Shown one piece after another: positions 56,159-64,000 of a DNA stretch of 64,000 nucleotides (positions are counted from its first letter, which is position 1; each line of letters starts with the position of its first letter). This stretch comes from an uncultured Gammaproteobacteria bacterium (GTDB taxonomy: Bacteria > Patescibacteriota > Patescibacteriia > UBA9934). A program made the translations under genes and the position numbers. A model generated the notes under the pieces. It saw nothing but the letters and a program-made list of their open reading frames with translations, did no database searches and was not told the origin of the DNA. The stretch covers positions 22,555 to 86,554 of the forward strand of contig CAYVLY010000003.1 of NCBI GenBank assembly GCA_964452565.1, in the 5' to 3' direction.

Positions 56159-57082
56159 ATGAATCCCTCGTTTGAGAGCATTATTGGCCATAAAAAGCAG
56201 TGTGATTATCTAAAGCATGTCCTAGAGTCTGGAAATGTCGCACATGCTTATTGTTTTTCTGGTTCAAAAGGATTGGGCAAGGCAACGATTGCAAAGGAGT
56301 TTGCTGAGCGATTATTAAGTCTAGAGACTGACAAACTTCAAACTTCACCAAATGTAACAATCGTAAGTGATGAGAATGGGAAGATCGGAGTTGAAGAGAT
56401 CCGAGCGCTCAAGCAGACCTTGTCACTTTCTACTTTTGGTGGAGGCTGGAAGATTGCAATTATCAACGGCGCTGATTCAATGACAACCTCTGCGCAGAAT
56501 GCCTTACTAAAAACATTGGAAGAACCAACACCTCAGACTGTTTTGATCCTCATCTCTCATAACTCAGATGCACTTTTGGAAACCATTCGTTCGCGCGTTG
56601 CGACTATTGAATTCAATCTTTTGCCAGTTGATCAAATAGTTGATGCCCTTGAAGATAGGTTTGGAGTAAAAAAACAAAAAGCACAGCTTATTGCGCAGCT
56701 TAGTATGGGTAGAGCAGGAGTTGCATTTGTTTGTTCTGACGAAGAGAACTGTAAGGAGCAAGAAGAAAAGGCACAGGAGGCTCTTCAGTTTTTGCAAGAC
56801 CCACTTTACGAGCGAATGCGTAAGATTGAGTTGATCACAAAAACCAAAGAAGATCGTCAACGAGTGATCCAAAACATGGTAGAATTATGGAGAATGTGGC
56901 TGCATGAAGGTTTGCTGTACTCTTTGGGTATGAGCTCTGCTGATCAGGTTAAAGATCTAGCAGGACAAAGCTCAGGTACTCAGATCAAGAAAGCACTCTC
57001 AACTCTTCATGAATGTGAGCGTGCACTGGATCGCAATGTTCAACCAGCACTTGCCCTACAAGTGTTTGCGTCGAGTTTTTAA
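56159..57082 (+). CDS. holB: DNA polymerase III delta-prime subunit
   Basis: AHAYCFSGSKGLGK, AQNALLKTLEEP and TIRSR motifs. Start moved to MNPSF. Confidence 0.88.
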   Translation: MNPSFESIIGHKKQCDYLKHVLESGNVAHAYCFSGSKGLGKATIAKEFAERLLSLETDKLQTSPNVTIVSDENGKIGVEEIRALKQTLSLSTFGGGWKIAIINGADSMTTSAQNALLKTLEEPTPQTVLILISHNSDALLETIRSRVATIEFNLLPVDQIVDALEDRFGVKKQKAQLIAQLSMGRAGVAFVCSDEENCKEQEEKAQEALQFLQDPLYERMRKIELITKTKEDRQRVIQNMVELWRMWLHEGLLYSLGMSSADQVKDLAGQSSGTQIKKALSTLHECERALDRNVQPALALQVFASSF

Positions 57083-57092
57083 ACAACTAATC

Positions 57093-57174
57093 TGTCATCC
57101 CGGCCGTAGAGCCGGGATCCATCGAAAATCAATTTCGATAAGTGATGGACCCCCGATCGGGGTCGGGGGTGACA
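57093..57174. repeat. GTCAYCCC-type palindromic element
   Basis: Related to 49945-50026, including the internal CCATCGAAAA..TTCGATA..GATGGA. Confidence 0.75.
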
Positions 57175-57186
57175 CATAATGAGAAT

Positions 57187-58242
57187 ATGAAAAAATATAC
57201 ATCTTTAAGCCTTTTGGCTCTGTCCTTGGTACTTGTTGGTAATAGTTGCCTTTCATCAAGCTCAACATCTAGCACTGGCGGTGTTTGGCAAACACAGGAC
57301 AGTGGACAAAACTGGACTCAACTGGCAGCGCTTCCTCAGGCAGGCGGAGTCGGATCTATTGCTGGAGTAAATGTAACAGTTATTGAGATTGATCCCTCAG
57401 ATGCTACTGTTTACTATCTTGGAACTGATGGAAATGGAGTGTTTGTCTCATATGACGCTGGAAGCACATGGCAGCGACCAGATGCAAGCGCCCTTGCAAC
57501 TGGATCGATTGTTGATATTGAAGTTCACCCAAGTGATGTTTGTACGATCTATATTGCATATCCTGACACAGTTTTGAAGACTACTGACTGCATGCGAAGT
57601 GTTGATGATATTTATGAAGTAGATCAGTCAGACGAGTATGTGACAACTTTTGATATTGATTGGTACAGTCCAGACAATCTTTGGCTTGGTAACGAGCAAG
57701 GAGCAGTTATTAAGTCAGCAGATGCTGGAGGAACTTGGTCAACTATTTATCGTGTAAATGATGATATTACTGATTTAGAAATCAGTAAGGCAGATAGTCG
57801 GATTATCCTTGTGGCAACTGACCGCAGGGGCCTGTATCGATCTGAAGACAGTGGATCAAGCTGGACTGAGTATGAGGATGAGCTAAGGAAAGAGTTCAAG
57901 AGTTCAGATGAGGTTTATGGTTTTACTCAAACCGAAGATGGAACGTCTGTGATTATGAATACTGAATATGGATTACTGATTTCCATTGACATGGGTGAGA
58001 CATGGGATGCTTTGTCATTGCTTACAGAAGAGGGTGAAGTCCGAGTTTGGGATGTTGCATTTGCACCTCACAATGCGAGCGATATTTACTACACAACCTC
58101 ATCAACTTTTTACAGCACAAGCACTGGAGGTCAGTCATGGGTAACTGAAGATTTACCGTCTGGCAGAACACCTTACATTGTGCGCGTAAATCCAGATGAT
58201 ATGGATAGGGTTTTGGTAGGATTTAGAGCATTGGACAACTAG
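57187..58242 (+). CDS. Lipoprotein with BNR/Asp-box beta-propeller
   Basis: Signal peptide ending in Cys; repeated SxDxGxTW motifs. Confidence 0.85.
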   Translation: MKKYTSLSLLALSLVLVGNSCLSSSSTSSTGGVWQTQDSGQNWTQLAALPQAGGVGSIAGVNVTVIEIDPSDATVYYLGTDGNGVFVSYDAGSTWQRPDASALATGSIVDIEVHPSDVCTIYIAYPDTVLKTTDCMRSVDDIYEVDQSDEYVTTFDIDWYSPDNLWLGNEQGAVIKSADAGGTWSTIYRVNDDITDLEISKADSRIILVATDRRGLYRSEDSGSSWTEYEDELRKEFKSSDEVYGFTQTEDGTSVIMNTEYGLLISIDMGETWDALSLLTEEGEVRVWDVAFAPHNASDIYYTTSSTFYSTSTGGQSWVTEDLPSGRTPYIVRVNPDDMDRVLVGFRALDN

Positions 58243-58269
58243 CGAAAAACTGACTAAGATGCATTTTAT

Positions 58270-58800
58270 ATGAGTAGAAACGAACAATTTCAAAAAGTAA
58301 TCGAGTTCTTTGAAGGAGAACTTAAGACCCTACGAACTGGTCGCGCCACTCCAGAGTTGGTTGATAGTGTTCAGGTTGAAGCCTATGGAGCGCAGCAGCC
58401 ACTAAAAGCTGTTGCGAGCATTTCAACACCTGACCCAAAGACTGTGCAGATTGAGCCATGGGATGCGTCTGTTGTTCAGTCGATTGAAAAGGCGCTCATG
58501 GAAGCAGATCTTGGCATGACTCCAAATGTAGATGGAAAAATCATCCGTCTTAATATGCCAATGATGACAGATGATAATCGTCAGCAAATGGTTAAGAAGT
58601 TGAAAGAAAAGACAGAGGATTCGAAGGTTAAGATTCGTCGCATAAGAGAGGATGAGAAGAAAGTAATCGATAAGCAAGAAGGTATTGGAGATGACGACAA
58701 GCGCCGTGAACTTGAGAATCTTGAAAGCGACGTAAAGGATCAAGTTGCAAAGATCGATGAGATGGCAAAGAAAAAAGAAGAAGAGATTACAACGATTTAA
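58270..58800 (+). CDS. frr: Ribosome recycling factor
   Basis: LRTGRATP, VEAYG, IEPWD and LGMTPNVDG motifs. Confidence 0.96.
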   Translation: MSRNEQFQKVIEFFEGELKTLRTGRATPELVDSVQVEAYGAQQPLKAVASISTPDPKTVQIEPWDASVVQSIEKALMEADLGMTPNVDGKIIRLNMPMMTDDNRQQMVKKLKEKTEDSKVKIRRIREDEKKVIDKQEGIGDDDKRRELENLESDVKDQVAKIDEMAKKKEEEITTI

Positions 58801-58801
58801 T

Positions 58802-60190
58802 ATGGCAAAAGAAGAGCAGAAGCAAATGGAAAAGATCGTGTCGCTTTGTAAGCGACGCGGCTTTATCTTTCCGTCCTCAGAGATCTATGGTGGGTTTTCA
58901 GCAGTTTATGACTATGGCCCGCTTGGCACAGAGCTTTCAAATAACATTAAGGCTGCATGGTGGAAAACAATAGTACATGAGCGTGAAGATGTCGTTGGAC
59001 TTGATAGCTCGATTTTCATGAGTCCAAAGATTTGGGAGGCTAGTGGACATGTTGGTGGCTTTGCTGATCCTCTGACTGAGTGTAAGAAGTGCCATGCGCG
59101 ACATCGTGTTGATCACATGCTTGAGTCAATTGATGTGTTTGCAGATGAGAAAATGACTGAAGAGGAGGTAAATAAGATTTTTGAAGAAAATAAAGATAAG
59201 TTGAAGTGTCCAAAATGTGGGGCGCAAGATTTCACAGATGTTCGAAAGTTCAACTTGCTCGTGCAGTCAAACCTTGGAAACTTCACAGGAGATTGGGCAG
59301 AAAATCCAGTGTATCTTCGCGGTGAGACTTGCCAAGGAATCTTTGTGAACTTTAAAAATGTAGTTGATTCAATGCACGTTAAGGTTCCGTTTGGTATTGC
59401 TCAAGTTGGTAAAGCATTTCGTAATGAGATTACAGCGCGGCAATTCATATTTAGAACACGCGAGTTTGAGCAAATGGAGATGCAGTATTTTGTACATCCA
59501 GATGAAGCAATGAAGTTCTATGATGAGTGGAAGGAGCTCAGAATGCAGTTCTACATTGATCTAGGTATAGATAAGAAAAACCTTAAATGGCATCAGCATG
59601 AGAACTTAGTGTTCTATGCTAAGGAAGCGTATGACATTGAGTATAAGTATCCATTTGGATGGAAAGAGCTTGAGGGCATCCATGCGCGAGGGGACTATGA
59701 TCTTACTCAGCATTGCGAACATTCTGGTCAAAAGCTGGAGTACATGGATCAGCAGAAAAAAGAAAAGTATACCCCCCACGTTGTTGAAACCTCTGCTGGC
59801 GTTGGGCGTACTCTACTAGCAGTTCTTACCGATGCTTACACAGAGGAAGAAGTTGAGGGAGAGACTCGTGTGGTCTTGAAGCTTCATCCAAAGCTAGCAC
59901 CATTCAAGATCGCAGTGTTGCCACTCTCAAAGAAAGACGAGCTGATCGAACCAGCGCGCGAAGTTTTCAAAACTCTTGCAAAGAAATATCACACAGACTT
60001 TGACATTACTCAGTCGATTGGGAAGCGATATCGCAGACAAGACGAGATTGGAACGCCATACTGTATTACATTTGATTTTGATTCATTGGAGGATAAGGCG
60101 GTTACTGTTCGTGATCGCGATACTATGAAGCAGGACCGTGTAGCTATAAATGAGCTAGAAGCATACTTTGCAGAGAAGCTCGATTATTAA
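58802..60190 (+). CDS. glyQS: Glycine--tRNA ligase (alpha2 type)
   Basis: KRRGFIFPSSEIYGG, LRGETCQG, FRTREFEQME and IGKRYRRQDEIGTP motifs. Confidence 0.96.
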   Translation: MAKEEQKQMEKIVSLCKRRGFIFPSSEIYGGFSAVYDYGPLGTELSNNIKAAWWKTIVHEREDVVGLDSSIFMSPKIWEASGHVGGFADPLTECKKCHARHRVDHMLESIDVFADEKMTEEEVNKIFEENKDKLKCPKCGAQDFTDVRKFNLLVQSNLGNFTGDWAENPVYLRGETCQGIFVNFKNVVDSMHVKVPFGIAQVGKAFRNEITARQFIFRTREFEQMEMQYFVHPDEAMKFYDEWKELRMQFYIDLGIDKKNLKWHQHENLVFYAKEAYDIEYKYPFGWKELEGIHARGDYDLTQHCEHSGQKLEYMDQQKKEKYTPHVVETSAGVGRTLLAVLTDAYTEEEVEGETRVVLKLHPKLAPFKIAVLPLSKKDELIEPAREVFKTLAKKYHTDFDITQSIGKRYRRQDEIGTPYCITFDFDSLEDKAVTVRDRDTMKQDRVAINELEAYFAEKLDY

Positions 60191-60203
60191 TCAATAGAAA
60201 AAT

Positions 60204-61499
60204 ATGATCAAAGCAAAGCAGCTGAATAATGGCATGCGATTTCATCTTGTTCCGTTTAAAGGCACAAATGCTGTTACTGTTTTAGTTTTGTCAGACGTTG
60301 GCTCTCGTTATGAGTCAGATAGAGTAATGGGAGGCTCGCATCTTATCGAACACATGATGTTCAAGGGAACGAAAAAGCGACCAACAACATTGGATATTTC
60401 AAAGGAATTAGATCGATATGGTGCAGAGTTCAATGCCTACACTGGCAAGGATGTTACTGGATATTATGTAAAAATTGCTGGAGATAAGGCACCGGTCGCG
60501 ATCGATCTTTTACATGACATGCTTTTTAACTCAAAGTTTGACTCTAAAGAACTCAAACGCGAGAAGCAAGTGATAGTTGAGGAGATAAAGATGTATGAGG
60601 AAAATCCGATCATGCATATTGGCGATATGATTGAGCAGGTGATGTTTGACGGCTCTTCTTTGGGCCGGGAGATTGCTGGAACACCTGAATCAGTAGTTGA
60701 CATGAGACGTGCTGATATCCTTAAGTATAAGAATGAACATTATTCACCTGAGAGAATGGTTGTTGTATTAGCTGGAGCGATTCCAAAGGACGCCAAAGCG
60801 CTTCTTGAAAAAACATTTGGAAGCGTAAAGGTTACGCAGGACAAGGTGAGAGCTTACGAGACAATCTCTGATCGTTTTGAAGCTCCGGGAGCTCGCATGA
60901 GAACGCAGTTTAAGCCATTGAAACAGATCCAACTTGCACTAGGTTTTCCAACAGTTGGTCGTGAGCATAAGGATTCCCCAGCGCTTAGAATCTTATCAAC
61001 TATATTGGGAGGGTCGATGAGTTCAAGGTTATTTATCGAAGTTAGGGAACGTAAGGGACTTTGCTACACGATCCGATCCCATGTTGGTTTTTATGAGGAT
61101 GTTGGTAAGTTTATTATCCAAGCAGGACTTGATGAGAAAAGACTTGATGATGCTGTTAAGACAATTTTCAAGGAGCTGGATAAGATTAAAAAGCACGGTG
61201 TAACTCAAAAAGAACTTAGTTATACAAAGGACCATTTGGATGGCGCTATGCAACTTGGTCTTGAGAATTCATCTGCACGAGCAGAGTTTTATGGCCGGCA
61301 GGAGCTTCATCTGGGATATTCAAAAACCCCAGAAGAGCGACTTAAGGAATTACATGCAGTTAAGCGTTCAGATATTAAAAGAGTGGCTTGTGAGGTTTTG
61401 GATCTTAATCAATTATCAGTTGCAGCAATTGGTCCGTACAAGAAAGATAAGGATCTAAAGAAGCATTTCGAAGAAGTAATGAAAAGTGATAAAAGGTAG
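60204..61499 (+). CDS. M16 family metallopeptidase
   Basis: HLIEHMMFKGT inverted zinc motif, NAYT and GGSMSSRLF. Confidence 0.93.
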   Translation: MIKAKQLNNGMRFHLVPFKGTNAVTVLVLSDVGSRYESDRVMGGSHLIEHMMFKGTKKRPTTLDISKELDRYGAEFNAYTGKDVTGYYVKIAGDKAPVAIDLLHDMLFNSKFDSKELKREKQVIVEEIKMYEENPIMHIGDMIEQVMFDGSSLGREIAGTPESVVDMRRADILKYKNEHYSPERMVVVLAGAIPKDAKALLEKTFGSVKVTQDKVRAYETISDRFEAPGARMRTQFKPLKQIQLALGFPTVGREHKDSPALRILSTILGGSMSSRLFIEVRERKGLCYTIRSHVGFYEDVGKFIIQAGLDEKRLDDAVKTIFKELDKIKKHGVTQKELSYTKDHLDGAMQLGLENSSARAEFYGRQELHLGYSKTPEERLKELHAVKRSDIKRVACEVLDLNQLSVAAIGPYKKDKDLKKHFEEVMKSDKR

Positions 61500-61570
61500 T
61501 AAAAGGTGATTAGAGGTTTGGAACTTCGTAACCTCTGATCACCTCTGATCACCTCTATAACCTTTTTACT
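61484..61570. repeat. Inverted 10-mer repeat cluster
   Basis: agtaaaaggtgattagaggtt ... aacctctgatcacctctgatcacctctataacctttttact. Confidence 0.6.
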
Positions 61571-62344
61571 ATGAAATACGTATTTGCAAATTGGAAAATG
61601 AACCTAGGCATTCGCGAGAGTGTGGCCCTTGCGCGTGGAGTAATGCGAACACTACGAGGTAAGGAAAAGACACCGTCAGTTGTTATATTTCCATCCTTTA
61701 CTGTGCTTAACGAGGTTCGAAAGGTAATGGCGCGATCTAGAATGAGACTTGGTGCGCAAAATTGTGGTACACAGAAAAAGGGCGCATTCACTGGAGAGGT
61801 CTCAACCTCCATGCTTGAAGACATTCAGTGTGAGTATGTTTTGGTAGGTCATTCTGAGCGTCGTCATGTTTTTGGTGAAAGTCTAGAGATTATTAAAGAT
61901 CGTTTTAAGGCCGCAATGGAGTCAAAACTTGTACCTGTTTTGTGTGTGGGTGAGCCATCAGAAGAGCGTAATGTTGGAAATGCAGAGTCTTATGTGTCAG
62001 AGCAGCTTATCAGTGCATTGAAAGGTTTACGCATCCCAAGGCAAAAGCATCTATTTGTTGCTTATGAACCAGTATGGGCCATTGGATCAGATCACGCGGC
62101 GCTTGTTGCAGATATGGTTGAGATGCATGACTTCATCAAAGATACGATCAAAAAGATTGTAGACGTTCCTGAAAGTAAGATTCATATTTTGTATGGAGGA
62201 TCAGTTGATTCTCAAAACGCATATGTGTTTTTACGTGAGGAATTAGTTGATGGGGTGTTGGTTGGGGGTGCAAGCTTGAAAATAAAAGAGTTCCAGGGCA
62301 TAGTAGACGCCGCAACTGATGTCATAACCGCTCAGGAACTATAA
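61571..62344 (+). CDS. tpiA: Triosephosphate isomerase
   Basis: ANWKMN, GHSERR, AYEPVWAIG, YGGSV and LVGGASL motifs. Confidence 0.97.
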   Translation: MKYVFANWKMNLGIRESVALARGVMRTLRGKEKTPSVVIFPSFTVLNEVRKVMARSRMRLGAQNCGTQKKGAFTGEVSTSMLEDIQCEYVLVGHSERRHVFGESLEIIKDRFKAAMESKLVPVLCVGEPSEERNVGNAESYVSEQLISALKGLRIPRQKHLFVAYEPVWAIGSDHAALVADMVEMHDFIKDTIKKIVDVPESKIHILYGGSVDSQNAYVFLREELVDGVLVGGASLKIKEFQGIVDAATDVITAQEL

Positions 62345-62347
62345 TCT

Positions 62348-63142
62348 ATGTTTTGGACGATATTATTTAGCATATTATTTGTAGGAGGCGTTATTGTGAT
62401 TGGATGGCTTGTTTGGCAAAAGTGGACCGACCTGAGAGTTCTAGATCCAGATTCGATCCCAGAGTCTGTGTCAAAGAAAAAGAAACAAGAGTTATTGAGA
62501 AAGCGAATTGAGCGCACAGGACTCAAGTATGCCAAAAAAGCGCAGAAGGGAGTCATACGACCTCTTGGTACTGGAATGCAAGAAGCATTCCGGCGTTTTG
62601 CTGGAAAGCTGACTGCAGCCGAGCGTAGGTATCAGCAAGAAAAGCACAAGCAGGCAGCCGACGAAGGGGACCTGCGTGTTATTGATCAACTTGTCGATGA
62701 GGCACAAAAGTTTATGGATGAGGAGATCTGGGATTTGGCCGAGAAGAAGCTCATTCAAGTTATTGGGCTTGATGCTCGCAACGCAGATGCATACGAGCTT
62801 CTTGGACGCGTATATCTGGCTACAAAGGATTATGAATCAGCTAAGGAGACATTTGTATTTCTGAATAAACTTCATCCAAAAGACGCTAGTGTAATAGCTA
62901 GCTTGGGTGAAGTCGATCTGAAACTCGATAACGTGGATGGTGCGGTTGGGCACTTTGAAAGGGCAGTAGAATTGAGCCCGAAGAATCCCAAATATCTTGA
63001 TCTCTACATTGAAGCGATCATTAAGAGCGGAGACGTTCATATGGCTATGACAGTGTTAGATCGGTTGATAGAGGTAAACCCAGAGAATAAGAAAATACTA
63101 GATTTTGAGAAGAAAATAGAAGAACTTCGGAAAAATAAGTAA
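62348..63142 (+). CDS. Membrane-anchored TPR protein
   Basis: N-terminal TM followed by TPR-like repeats (AYELLGRVY, AVELSPKN). Confidence 0.85.
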   Translation: MFWTILFSILFVGGVIVIGWLVWQKWTDLRVLDPDSIPESVSKKKKQELLRKRIERTGLKYAKKAQKGVIRPLGTGMQEAFRRFAGKLTAAERRYQQEKHKQAADEGDLRVIDQLVDEAQKFMDEEIWDLAEKKLIQVIGLDARNADAYELLGRVYLATKDYESAKETFVFLNKLHPKDASVIASLGEVDLKLDNVDGAVGHFERAVELSPKNPKYLDLYIEAIIKSGDVHMAMTVLDRLIEVNPENKKILDFEKKIEELRKNK

Positions 63143-63166
63143 AAATACTAACATTAGGCAAAACCC

Positions 63167-63195
63167 TTGACTTTTCAAGGGTTTTGTGTTAATTT
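63167..63195 (+). promoter_or_regulatory. Promoter of final GC-rich gene, overlapping a 12-bp inverted repeat
   Basis: TTGACT-17 bp (ending TGt)-TAATTT. CAAAACCCTTGA/TCAAGGGTTTTG spans the -35. Confidence 0.7.
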
Positions 63196-63292
63196 TTTAA
63201 GCTTGCGCGGGATCCCCCTGCGTCAAGTGGGCTTTGCCCAAAAGGCCCCTTTACAACGTTTTTGAAGGCAGGAAGCTTTCAATGAAGGGAAC

Positions 63293-64000
<708 letters not shown>

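Noticed and set aside
49920-57186. N-terminal extensions of mreB, holB and the BNR lipoprotein in the ORF track (also murE at 30912)
   Set aside because: They are read-through of intergenic repeats; downstream TATG starts match the family N-termini.
1742-63195. Integron cassettes as the explanation for the GC-rich genes
   Set aside because: No integrase, no consistent GTTRRRY/RYYYAAC attC ends, and the genes are dispersed and carry their own promoters.

Overview
Chromosomal window of a low-GC bacterium (background about 40% GC by eye) using the standard bacterial code, most likely Patescibacteria/CPR (Parcubacteria, Uhrbacteria-like). This taxonomy is inferred from SD-less TATG starts, an alpha2-type GlyRS, a DUF4012-like protein and the C-terminal domain of a giant surface protein. 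The backbone encodes cell envelope and housekeeping functions: many glycosyltransferases, rfbBCD, an S41 protease, rplI, pyrG, rpmA, mraY-ftsW-murG, tRNA-Lys(UUU), a P-type ATPase, murD-murE, a ~2260-aa surface protein, ftsEX, mreB, holB, frr, GlyRS, an M16 peptidase and tpiA. Three layers sit on top of this backbone. (1) Eight GC-rich genes at seven loci carry Shine-Dalgarno-like sequences, near-consensus TTGAC-N17 promoters and their own terminators, unlike the SD-less backbone. (2) A ~3.1-kb island (52979-56079) holds two unrelated orphan ORFs that share 5' and 3' UTR motifs. It also contains a ~230-nt candidate structured RNA and is bracketed by two copies of a covarying pseudoknot-like repeat. 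(3) A RAYT transposase is flanked by REP-like palindromes, and several small palindromic repeat families occur, some embedded in-frame in protein genes. All calls are from reading the sequence only. GC values are visual estimates and no searches were run.
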